Shown here one piece after another: positions 38,608 to 47,222 of a DNA stretch of 64,000 bases; positions within the stretch are counted from its first letter, which is position 1, and each line of letters starts with the position of its first letter. The stretch comes from Acidobacteriota bacterium (lineage in GTDB: Bacteria; Acidobacteriota; Polarisedimenticolia; JACPZX01). The notes beneath the pieces were generated by a model, which saw nothing but the letters and a program-made list of their open reading frames with translations, searched no databases and was not told where the DNA came from. The DNA is taken from positions 15,559 through 79,558 of the forward strand of contig JACPZX010000067.1 in assembly GCA_016195325.1 (NCBI GenBank), given 5' to 3'. The translations under genes and the position numbers were made by a program.

Positions 38608-39471
38608 ATGAGCCCGAATTCGATGACGCGTCATGGGCCGTTCACGACCCGCATCACCGCCAGCACGGCCCCCCCGGCGACTCTCCTCGTCCGCGCCGTC
38701 GTGGGCGCGGTGTTTCTCCTCGAGGGGATACTGAAATTCATCAACCCCCAGGAGCTGGGCGTCGGGCGGTTCGTCAAGATTGGAATTCCGTTCCCTTCCT
38801 TCTTCGCTCCCTTCGACGGGGTGTTCGAGATCGCGTGCGGGGTCCTCCTGATCCTGGGGCTGATGACGCGCCTCGGCGCAATCTCGATGATCGTCAACAT
38901 GATCGTCGCCATCACCTCGACGAAGATCCCCATGCTCCTCCACGACGGCTTCTTCAAGGCGGCCCACGAGGCGCGTCTTGACGTCTCGATGCTCCTCGCC
39001 TGTATCTTCCTTCTTCGGGTCGGGGCCGGCCCCCTCTCTCTCGACTCCCTCTTCGCCCGCGAGGAGATCGAAGCTCCGTCTCTCGCGAGGCGCTTCGTGC
39101 TCGGCAAGACGGTTGTGTCGATCCTCGCGGCCGGCCTGGTGATCGCGGGCGCTTCCGGTCGAGCCCTCGCCGCGGACACTGCCTCGCAGGGCGGGGCACG
39201 GACGGTCGAGGTCCGGCTGACCGAGTACCGGATCGAGATGCCGCTCGAGTGGAGCGCCGGCCGGACGCTGTTCAAGGTGACCAACGCCGGCACGATGCTC
39301 CATCGCTTCGAGATCGAGGGGAAGGGGATCGAGGAGGAGATCGAGGACGGAGTCGAAGCCGGTCAGTCGACGACCCTGGAGCTCGATCTGAAACCGGGCG
39401 TCTACGAGGTCTACTGCCCGATGCGCGGACACAAGAAGGCCGGCATGTCCCTCAGGGTGAAGGTGACGTAG
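38608..39471 (+). CDS. DoxX-family membrane protein fused to C-terminal cupredoxin-like domain
   Basis: The N-terminal 4-TM DoxX fold (LLVRAVVGAVFLLEGILKF...) is followed by a soluble domain ending in YEVYCPMRGHKKAGM, a Cys/His/Met type-1 copper-like ligand pattern. It is divergent from the ECF sigma gene. Confidence 0.6.
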   Translation: MSPNSMTRHGPFTTRITASTAPPATLLVRAVVGAVFLLEGILKFINPQELGVGRFVKIGIPFPSFFAPFDGVFEIACGVLLILGLMTRLGAISMIVNMIVAITSTKIPMLLHDGFFKAAHEARLDVSMLLACIFLLRVGAGPLSLDSLFAREEIEAPSLARRFVLGKTVVSILAAGLVIAGASGRALAADTASQGGARTVEVRLTEYRIEMPLEWSAGRTLFKVTNAGTMLHRFEIEGKGIEEEIEDGVEAGQSTTLELDLKPGVYEVYCPMRGHKKAGMSLRVKVT

Positions 39472-39477
39472 ATCGCT

Positions 39478-41877
39478 TCACTCGTGCCGGATCGCCCCCC
39501 ACGGGTCCACCCGGGCGGCGCGAAGGGCGGGGACGGCGCTCGCGGCGACGGACACCGCGACGAGCCCGACGGCGATGACCGCGAACGTGAGGGGATCCGC
39601 AGCCCCCACGCCGTAGAGTTGCGCTGAGAGGGTCCGCCCGAGCGCCAAACCCCCCGCCGCCCCGATCGCGACGCCGGCCAGCGTGAGCCTCAGCGCGCTT
39701 CCCACGACAAGGCTCACGATCTCGCGCGGCTCGGCGCCGAGCGCCATGCGGATGCCGATCTCCGATCGCCGACGGCTCACCCAGTACGACGTCACGCTGT
39801 AGATCCCGACACCCGCGAGCGCCGCGGCCAGCGCCGCGAAGCCGGCGACGAGCGTGAGGAGATAGCGACGGCCGGCGACCGAACCCGACACGACGTCGTC
39901 CATCGTGCGGAGGCTCGCGATCGGAAGATCGGGGTCGAGTGCGCGAAGGCGCGCGCGCAGCGTCCCGGCCAGCGCGAGCGGCTCCCCCGCCGTCCTCACG
40001 ATCACCGACATCGACGCGATCGCGCGCTGGTTCGACGAGAGGTAGAAGGCCTCGCGCGCCGGGGCGTCGAGCGATTGATCCCGCATCCCCGACACGACGC
40101 CGACGATCTCGAAGAGGGTCGCCCCCTTCCCGAGCACGGCGTGCCGCCCGACCGCCTCGGTCCCGGGGAAGAACCGGCGCGCGAACTCCTCGGTGACGAC
40201 GATCTTGATCGGCGAGGCGCCGTCGTCGGCGCCGGTGAAGACCCGGCCGCGCGTCACGCGGATCCCCAGCGTCCTGAAGAACCCCGGGCTCACCGTGTCG
40301 AAGGAGACGACCGACCGCTCCCCCGGCGGCGGGATCGCCCCGCCGTCCACCGCGATGAGCGTCTGCGCCCCGGTGCCGGCGAGAGGGAGCGCCTCCGCCG
40401 AGCCGACCGAGACGACGCCCGGCAGAGCAGAGACCTCCTGCTCGACGCGCTGGAAGAGGGCGCGGATCTGCGGCGGGCCCGGATACTTCGACGGGGGCAG
40501 GTGGAGCTCCGCGACGAGGATGTGATGGGGATCGAAACCGGGGTCCGTCCGCAGGACGAAGATGAAGCTCCGCACGAGAAGGCCCGCGCCGATCAGAAGG
40601 ACGATCGAGAGGCCCACCTCGGCGACGACGAGCGCGCTCCGGGTCCGGCGCTCGCGATGTCCCCCGGCCGAAGCCGGCCCCGCCTCGCGCAACGAAGCGT
40701 TCAAGTCCGCCTTTGAAGCATGGACAGCCGGCGCGAGGCCGAAGACGATTCCCGTCAGGAGCGAGAGGGCCGTCGCCGCGAGGAGCACCCTGAGATCGAT
40801 CGTCGCCCCCGCGGCGCGCGGGATCTGCGCGGCGGCCCCCGAGGCGAGAAGGGCGAGGGCGCCCCGGGCGAGCGCGACGCCGACGGCCCCCGCCGCGAGG
40901 GCGAGGACGAGGCTCTCCCCGAGGAACATCGCGATGAGGCGTCCGCGGCTCGCGCCGAGCGCGGCGCGGAGCGCGATCTCGCGCCCGCGGGAGGCGGCGA
41001 GCGCCAGGAGGAGGTTCGCGACATTCGCGCACGCAATGGCGAGGACGAAGGCGACCGCCCCCGCGACGAGGAGAAGCGTCGGGCGCGCGGCCGCGGCCTG
41101 GGGCTCGCCCAGAGGGGCGCTCGCGTAGGAGAGGTTGGCGTCGAGCCCCTCGGGTCGCTTGTCCCGATCCGCGAGAAGGTCGAGCTCGGCCTGCGCCTCC
41201 GGGCGCGAAACTCCGGGGCGGAGGCGGGCGAGGACGTCGAGATATCCGGCGCCGCGATCGACGGCGCCCGCGGTCATGAACCCGGGCTCGAAGACGCGCG
41301 GGATCCAGAGGTCGGCCGCCGTCGCGGGATAGCCGATGTCGGCGGGGAGGACGCCGACGACGGTGTGCGGCGTCCCGTTCAGCGAGATCGATCGGCCGAC
41401 GACGCCCGGATCGGATCCGAAGCGCGACTCGAAGAGGGCGTGGCCGAGGAGGACGGCGTCGGGGCCTCCCTTCATCTCCTCCGCGGCGTTGAAGCCGCGG
41501 CCGATCGCAGGCATCACGCCGAGGACGTCAAAGATCCGCTCGGAGACGCGCAGCGCCCGAAGTTGCTCCGGCTCGGCGACCCCGGTGAGGTTGACGGTGT
41601 CGATCGTGGACGCGGCGACGCTTCCGAACGATCGCCCCTGATCGGCGAGGGCGAGGAACCGCTGGTGCGAGAAGGGGACGCGATCCGCGTCCCGCCCGGC
41701 GGAGCCCCCCCAGATCTGGAGGATGCGCGCAGGCTCGGGGTACGGCAGCGGCCGGATGAGGACGGCGTCGACGACGCTGAGGACAGCCGTCCCCGCGCCG
41801 ATCCCCAGTGCGAGCGTCGCGATCGCGAGGGCCGCCGCCCCCGGATGTCGCGAGAGGGCGCGGAGAGACCGGCTCAG
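39478..41877 (-). CDS. MacB/FtsX-like ABC permease ('ADOP' family), apparent non-AUG (CUG) start
   Basis: The in-frame continuation immediately after the gcvPB TAG encodes LSRSLRALSRHPGAAALAIATLALGIGAGTAVLSVVDAVLIRPLPYPEP..., the conserved N-terminus and TM1 of this family. The first canonical start (GTG/ATG 41517/41514) lies downstream of TM1. There are two FtsX domains, the C-terminal one ending at 39478. Confidence 0.6.
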   Translation of the reverse strand: MSRSLRALSRHPGAAALAIATLALGIGAGTAVLSVVDAVLIRPLPYPEPARILQIWGGSAGRDADRVPFSHQRFLALADQGRSFGSVAASTIDTVNLTGVAEPEQLRALRVSERIFDVLGVMPAIGRGFNAAEEMKGGPDAVLLGHALFESRFGSDPGVVGRSISLNGTPHTVVGVLPADIGYPATAADLWIPRVFEPGFMTAGAVDRGAGYLDVLARLRPGVSRPEAQAELDLLADRDKRPEGLDANLSYASAPLGEPQAAAARPTLLLVAGAVAFVLAIACANVANLLLALAASRGREIALRAALGASRGRLIAMFLGESLVLALAAGAVGVALARGALALLASGAAAQIPRAAGATIDLRVLLAATALSLLTGIVFGLAPAVHASKADLNASLREAGPASAGGHRERRTRSALVVAEVGLSIVLLIGAGLLVRSFIFVLRTDPGFDPHHILVAELHLPPSKYPGPPQIRALFQRVEQEVSALPGVVSVGSAEALPLAGTGAQTLIAVDGGAIPPPGERSVVSFDTVSPGFFRTLGIRVTRGRVFTGADDGASPIKIVVTEEFARRFFPGTEAVGRHAVLGKGATLFEIVGVVSGMRDQSLDAPAREAFYLSSNQRAIASMSVIVRTAGEPLALAGTLRARLRALDPDLPIASLRTMDDVVSGSVAGRRYLLTLVAGFAALAAALAGVGIYSVTSYWVSRRRSEIGIRMALGAEPREIVSLVVGSALRLTLAGVAIGAAGGLALGRTLSAQLYGVGAADPLTFAVIAVGLVAVSVAASAVPALRAARVDPWGAIRHE

Positions 41878-43368
41878 CTACCCCTCGCGCGTGTACCGGA
41901 GCCGGGGGCGCCTCGCCGCCTCGGCTTCGTCGAGCCGGCCGATCGGCGTCGTGTGCGGCGCCTTCCGCACCATCTCAGGGTCTTCGTCCGCCTCGGCGGC
42001 GATGGAGCGCATGGCGGCGATGAAGGCGTCGATCTCGGCCTTCGACTCCGTCTCCGTCGGCTCGATCATGATCGCGCCGTGCACCACGAGGGGGAAGTAG
42101 ATCGTCGGGGGGTGGAAGCCGTAGTCGAGGAGGCGCTTGGCGACGTCGAGGGTGCGGACCCCCTTCGGCTCGAGAAGCCTGTCGCTGAGGATCGCCTCGT
42201 GGAGCGACGGCGTCTCGAAGGCGACGGGGTAGAGGTCCTTGAGCTTCGCCCGTATGTAGTTCGCGTTGAGGACCGCCCGCTCGGCGACCATGCGGAGGCC
42301 GTCGGGGCCGAGCGATCGGATGTAGGCGAGGGCGCGGACGTGCATGCCGAAGTTCCCGAAGAAGGACGAGACGCGCCCGATCGAGTCGGGGCGATTCTCG
42401 GCGAGGACCAGGCGTCCCGACGACTCCTCGACGAGAGGGGTCGGGAGGTACGGCTCGAGGACCTTCGACACGCCCACCGGCCCGGAGCCGGGCCCGCCGC
42501 CGCCGTGCGGCGTCGAGAAGGTCTTGTGGAGGTTCAGGTGCAGGACGTCGATCCCCATGTCGCCGGGGCGCGCGATGCCGACGAGGGCGTTCATGTTCGC
42601 CCCGTCCATGTAGACGAGGCCCCCCTTCTCGTGGACGGCGGCGACGATCCCCTCGATCTCCTCCTCGAAGATGCCGAGGGTGTTCGGATTCGTGAGCATC
42701 AGCCCGGCCACGTCCTCCGTCATCTTCGCGCGGAGCGCGGCGAGATCGATGCACCCCCTGGGGTTCGTCGGGATCTGCTCGACCTTGTAGCCGGCCATCG
42801 CGGCGCTCGCGGGGTTGGTCCCGTGGGCCGAGTCGGGGACGAGGATCGTCGAGCGCGGGCGGCCGCTCTTCACGTGATGGGCGCGGATCATGAGGATGCC
42901 GACCATCTCGCCGTGCGCGCCGGCCGCCGGCTGGAGCGTGAAGCGGGGCATCCCCGTGATCTGGCGGAGCGACTTCTCGAGCTCCCAGATCACGCGGAGA
43001 CATCCCTGCACCGTCTCGGGATCCTGGAGCGGATGCGCGCGCCCGAGACCCTCCACGCGCGCCAGCTCCTCGTTGATCTTCGGGTTGTACTTCATCGTGC
43101 ACGAGCCGAGCGGGTACAGCCCGAGATCGACGGCGTAGTTCAGGCGCGAGATGCGGACGAAGTGGCGGACGACGTCCACCTCGCTGACCTCGGGCATCCC
43201 GTCGATGGGGCCGCGCCTCACGCTGTCGGGGATCTTCGAGAGATCGGCTTCCGGCACGTCGAGGGGGGGTAGGGAGTGCCCCACCCGCCCGCGCGATCCG
43301 ACCTCGAAGATCGTCGGCTCGTCCCTCAGGACCCCGGCTCTGCGGGGGGCTCTCGGGTCGGCGCTCAC
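41878..43368 (-). CDS. gcvPB: glycine dehydrogenase (decarboxylating) subunit 2
   Basis: GTG start gives VSADPRAPRRAGVLRDEPTIFEV...YPLGSCTMKYNPK..., a full GcvPB with the PLP-lysine region. The start overlaps the gcvPA stop (GTGA). Confidence 0.9.
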   Translation of the reverse strand: MSADPRAPRRAGVLRDEPTIFEVGSRGRVGHSLPPLDVPEADLSKIPDSVRRGPIDGMPEVSEVDVVRHFVRISRLNYAVDLGLYPLGSCTMKYNPKINEELARVEGLGRAHPLQDPETVQGCLRVIWELEKSLRQITGMPRFTLQPAAGAHGEMVGILMIRAHHVKSGRPRSTILVPDSAHGTNPASAAMAGYKVEQIPTNPRGCIDLAALRAKMTEDVAGLMLTNPNTLGIFEEEIEGIVAAVHEKGGLVYMDGANMNALVGIARPGDMGIDVLHLNLHKTFSTPHGGGGPGSGPVGVSKVLEPYLPTPLVEESSGRLVLAENRPDSIGRVSSFFGNFGMHVRALAYIRSLGPDGLRMVAERAVLNANYIRAKLKDLYPVAFETPSLHEAILSDRLLEPKGVRTLDVAKRLLDYGFHPPTIYFPLVVHGAIMIEPTETESKAEIDAFIAAMRSIAAEADEDPEMVRKAPHTTPIGRLDEAEAARRPRLRYTREG

Positions 43369-44723
43369 AGCGAACCCTCCAGGGCGTCGGCGAGGCGATC
43401 GATCTCCTCGCGCGTGTTCATCTCGGTGACGGCGACGAGCCACGCCCGCTCGAGGCGGGGCTCGGCCGGGCCGTAGAGCCTGCCGAGAGCGAGACCTCCC
43501 ACGATCCCTCGCTTCAGGAGCGCGCGGTTGACCTCCTGCGGGTCGGCCGCCAACTCGACGACGAACTCGTTGAAGAAGGGGGCCGGGAACGGGAGGCGGC
43601 ATCCCTTGATCGACGCGAGGCGCGACGCCGCGTACGAGGCCTTGTGGTGGTTCTGGAGCGCCAATCGGTGAAGCCCGTCGCGGCCGAGAAGGCTCAGGTG
43701 GATCGTCGCGGCGAGGGCGAGGAGACCCTGGTTGGTGCAGATGTTCGACGTCGCGCGCTCGCGCCGGATGTGCTGCTCGCGCGTCGCGAGCGTGAGGACG
43801 AAGCCGCGCCGGCCTTCGGCGTCCCTCGCCTCCCCGACGATGCGCCCCGGAAGCTGCCGCGTGAGGCTCTCGCGCGCGGCGATGAAGCCGAGGTACGGTC
43901 CCCCGAACGAGAGGGGCACGCCGAACGACTGCCCCTCCCCCAGCACGATGTCGGCGCCGAGGGCGCCGGGGCCCCGGAGAAGCCCGAGGCTCACGGGCTC
44001 GGTGACGACGGCGATCGTGAGCGCCCCCGCCCCCTTCGCCGCCGCCGACGCTCCCTCGACGTCCTCGATCGCGCCGAGGAAGTTCGGGCTCTGCACGACG
44101 GCCGCCGCAGCGCCCGAAGACATCGCGGCCGCGAGGGCGGACGGATCGGTGCGGCCGTCCTGGCCGAACGGGACGACGACGAGCTCGATGTCGAGGTTCT
44201 TCGCGTACGTCCGGATCGCCCTGACATAGTGCGGGTGAACGGCCGAGGAGATGACGACGCGAGACTTGCGGGTGACGCGGTGCGCCATGATCACCGCCTC
44301 GGCGAGGGCCGACGCGCCGTCGTACAGCGACGCGTTCGACACGTCGAGCTCGGTGAGAAGGCAGATCAGGCTCTGATACTCGAAGATCGCCTGCAGCGTC
44401 CCCTGGCTGATCTCGGGCTGGTACGGGGTGTACGAGGTGTAGAACTCGGATCGGTTGAGGAGCTGCGGGACGGCGGCCGGGATGTCGTGGTGGTAGGCCC
44501 CCGCGCCGAGAAAGAAGGCGTGCGAGGCGGCCGACGCGTTGCGCTTCGCGTACCCCGCGAACTCGCGGCGCAGCTCGATCTCGCTCGCGGCGGGCGGCAG
44601 ATCGAGAAGGCCGGCCTTGCGGAACTTCGCGGGGATGGTGGTGAAGAGATCGGCGGGCGAGGCGGCCCCGACGGCGTCGAGCATCGACGCGACGTCCGCG
44701 TCTCCCTGGGGGAAGAATCTCAT
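43365..44723 (-). CDS. gcvPA: glycine dehydrogenase (decarboxylating) subunit 1
   Basis: 452 aa. FLGAGAYHHDIPAAV...YTPYQPEISQGTLQAIFEYQ is the GcvPA signature. Confidence 0.9.
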   Translation of the reverse strand: MRFFPQGDADVASMLDAVGAASPADLFTTIPAKFRKAGLLDLPPAASEIELRREFAGYAKRNASAASHAFFLGAGAYHHDIPAAVPQLLNRSEFYTSYTPYQPEISQGTLQAIFEYQSLICLLTELDVSNASLYDGASALAEAVIMAHRVTRKSRVVISSAVHPHYVRAIRTYAKNLDIELVVVPFGQDGRTDPSALAAAMSSGAAAAVVQSPNFLGAIEDVEGASAAAKGAGALTIAVVTEPVSLGLLRGPGALGADIVLGEGQSFGVPLSFGGPYLGFIAARESLTRQLPGRIVGEARDAEGRRGFVLTLATREQHIRRERATSNICTNQGLLALAATIHLSLLGRDGLHRLALQNHHKASYAASRLASIKGCRLPFPAPFFNEFVVELAADPQEVNRALLKRGIVGGLALGRLYGPAEPRLERAWLVAVTEMNTREEIDRLADALEGSL

Positions 44724-44724
44724 G

Positions 44725-45111
44725 TCAGTGTTTCTGCCCCGCGAGGAACGCCTGGTAGCCCCTCGCGTCCATCAGGGCGGCAGCCTCCGAGGGTGAGTCC
44801 ATGCGGACCTTGAGGATCCACCCGCGGCCGTAGGGGTCCTCGTTGACGATTTCGGGATGATCCACGAGCGCGCCGTTGACCTCGACGACCTCGCCGGTCA
44901 CGGGCGCGTAGACCTCTGAGACGGCCTTCACCGACTCGATCGTGCCGAACTCGTCCCCGGTCTTGAGCTTCTTCCCGACCTCGGGAAGCTCGACGAAGAC
45001 GACGTCGCCGAGCTCTTTCTGGGCGAAGTGCGTGACGCCGATGGTTCCGGTCGCCTCCTTCACCGAGACCCACTCGTGATCCTTCGTGTAACGCAGGTTG
45101 TCCGGATACAT
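44725..45111 (-). CDS. gcvH: glycine cleavage system H protein
   Basis: 128 aa. YTKDHEWV...ESVKAVSEVYAPV is the lipoyl-lysine motif. Confidence 0.95.
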   Translation of the reverse strand: MYPDNLRYTKDHEWVSVKEATGTIGVTHFAQKELGDVVFVELPEVGKKLKTGDEFGTIESVKAVSEVYAPVTGEVVEVNGALVDHPEIVNEDPYGRGWILKVRMDSPSEAAALMDARGYQAFLAGQKH

Positions 45112-46241
45112 CAGGTGCTCCCTCCCGCGGACTTCGCCGGCCGCTTGTAGTGCGGGGACTTGACCACGCGCGCGCGGGTCGGCTTGCCCCGGATGATGAC
45201 GTCGAACTCGCGCCCCTCCCGGGCGGCCGCCGCGGGGAGGTACGCCATGCCGAGATTCTTCTTGAGGAACGGCGTGAAGGTGCCGCTCGTCACGTGCCCG
45301 GCTTCGGCCCCGTCGACCTGCGCGGGGTAGCCGTGACGGGCGATGCCGCGCTCGACCATCTCGAACGCCACCAGCCGGCGCGCCGCCCCGGACGCCTTCT
45401 GCCGCGCCAGCGCGTCGCGGCCGATGAACTCCCCCTTGTCGAGCTTGAGGATGAAGTTCAGCCCGGCCTCGAGGACGGTTGTCGTGTCGTCGATGTCGTT
45501 CCCGTAGAGCATCAGACACGCCTCGAGCCGCAGGGTGTCCCGCGCGCCGAGGCCGCACGGCGTGAGACCGAAGGGCGCGCCGACCCCCATCAGAGTGCCC
45601 CACAGCTCGGCGGCCCGGCTCGACTCGCAGTACAGCTCGAAGCCGTCCTCGCCGGTGTAGCCGGTGCGGGCGACGAGCGCCGGCACGCCGGCCACGCGGC
45701 TCTCGGCGAAGCTGAAGGCCTTGAGGGCGTGGATGTCCGCCTCGGTGAGGCCGCGGAGGATCGCCTCCGCCTCGGGCCCCTGGATGGCGATCTGCGCGAA
45801 CTCGTCGCTGCGGTTCAAGGCCGTCACCCCCTTCGGCAGGTGAGATTCGACCCAGGCGAAATCCTTCGACGCGTTCGAGGCGTTCACGCAGATGAAGTAC
45901 CGGTCGCGGGCCATGCAGTAGACGATGATGTCGTCGACGAAGGTCCCCTTCTCCGTCGTGAAGGCGCTGTACTGCGCGAGGCCCGGGGCGAGGCGCGCGG
46001 CGTCGTTGCACGTGAGGCGCTGCACCGCGGCGAGGGCCTCGGCCCCGCGGATCTCGATCTCACCCATGTGGCTCACGTCGAAGAGGCCGGCGTGCGTGCG
46101 CACCGCGAGATGCTCCTCGACGACTCCGTGATACTGCACGGGCATGTCCCAGCCGGCGAAATCGACCATCCGCGCGCCGAGAGCCCGGTGCGTCTCGTTG
46201 AGGGGCGTCTTGCGGACGGGGGTGGGGGACGTATCGCTCAG
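45111..46241 (-). CDS. gcvT: glycine cleavage system aminomethyltransferase T (probable CUG start; first ATG at 46169)
   Basis: RKTPLNETHRALGARMVDFAGWDMPVQY aligns residue-for-residue with the E. coli GcvT N-terminus [24 protein letters not shown]. These residues lie upstream of the first ATG (46169). The only start-like codon is CTG at 46241-46239, preceded by GGGAGG at a 5-nt spacing. Confidence 0.8.
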   Translation of the reverse strand: MSDTSPTPVRKTPLNETHRALGARMVDFAGWDMPVQYHGVVEEHLAVRTHAGLFDVSHMGEIEIRGAEALAAVQRLTCNDAARLAPGLAQYSAFTTEKGTFVDDIIVYCMARDRYFICVNASNASKDFAWVESHLPKGVTALNRSDEFAQIAIQGPEAEAILRGLTEADIHALKAFSFAESRVAGVPALVARTGYTGEDGFELYCESSRAAELWGTLMGVGAPFGLTPCGLGARDTLRLEACLMLYGNDIDDTTTVLEAGLNFILKLDKGEFIGRDALARQKASGAARRLVAFEMVERGIARHGYPAQVDGAEAGHVTSGTFTPFLKKNLGMAYLPAAAAREGREFDVIIRGKPTRARVVKSPHYKRPAKSAGGST

Positions 46242-46412
46242 GGATGCCTCCCGGTGCCGAGGCGCCGGATCGCGCGCGGGCGCACGAAGCGCTTCGACGA
46301 CGGTCTCACGAGTTTGGAGTTCGGCCTGTCGGGACCTTGGAGGTCGCTCTTCAGGCGGATAACGCGCCCAAGGGAATGCAGAACGGACGCTACCACAGCC
46401 GCCGCGAGGCGA

Positions 46413-47222
46413 TCAACCGCCTCCCCCCCGCCCTGAAGCGTAGTGCGCCGCGATCGCCGCGACGAGCGCCGGCACCGTGAACTCCGCCGGCAGGATCGCG
46501 GGGGACACCCCCCGCGCCAGAAGATCGGCGGCGGTGACGGGGCCGATCGCCGCCGCGATCGAGCCCCTGGCCCCCGCGAGATCGCGCGGCGCCAGGGCGT
46601 CGAGGAAGTTCGACACGGTCGACGACGACGTGAAGGTGATGACGAGGCGATCCCCCGCGCGCTGCCTCAGCGCCGCGAGCGCGACGGCCGACGGCTCGCA
46701 GCGCAGCGTCCGGTAGACGGGCACTACGTCGACGCGCCCCCCCTGCGCGCGGAGCGCGTCGGGCAGCACGTCGCGGGCCTTCGTGGCGCGCGCGAGGAGG
46801 AAGCGCTTCCCCGCGACGGTCTCCCCGCGCAGCGCCTCGAGGATCCCCTCGGCATGAAAACTGTCCGGGACGACGCGGACCTCGACCCCTCTCCCCTCGA
46901 GCGCCCGCGCCGTCGCCGGCCCGATCGCCGCGACGCGCGCGCGGGAGAGAACCTCCCACCCCAGGCTCAGCGCCGCCAGGCGACGACCGACCGCGTCGAC
47001 GCCGTTCGCGCTTGTGAAGATCGCCCAATCGTACGCCGCGGCGTCATGGAGCGCCGTGTCGGCGGGGAGCCAGTCGTCGGGGTCGGCGAAGCGAAGGGCC
47101 GGCGAGAGGAGGATTTCTGCGCCGAGGGCCGCGAGGGGCCGGGCCATCTCGTCGGCGGCCTCGCGGGCGCGCGTGACGACGACGGCGACTCCCCGGAGCG
47201 GCCCGTCAGGCGCCGGCGGCAC
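46413..47222 (-). CDS. hemD: uroporphyrinogen-III synthase
   Basis: 269 aa. VVVTRAREAADEMARPLAALGAEIL fits the HemD fold with two half-domain repeats. Operon context is hemA-hemC-hemD. Confidence 0.8.
   Translation of the reverse strand: MPPAPDGPLRGVAVVVTRAREAADEMARPLAALGAEILLSPALRFADPDDWLPADTALHDAAAYDWAIFTSANGVDAVGRRLAALSLGWEVLSRARVAAIGPATARALEGRGVEVRVVPDSFHAEGILEALRGETVAGKRFLLARATKARDVLPDALRAQGGRVDVVPVYRTLRCEPSAVALAALRQRAGDRLVITFTSSSTVSNFLDALAPRDLAGARGSIAAAIGPVTAADLLARGVSPAILPAEFTVPALVAAIAAHYASGRGGGG

Noticed and set aside
46242-46412. Glycine riboswitch in the gcvT leader
   Set aside because: There is a weak resemblance (CUGAAGAG, GCCGAA). But the strongly conserved ACCGAAGGGGCAA and CUCAGGCAAAAGGAC elements are absent. 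Part of the candidate region appears to be gcvT coding sequence. An Infernal scan with RF00504 would settle it.
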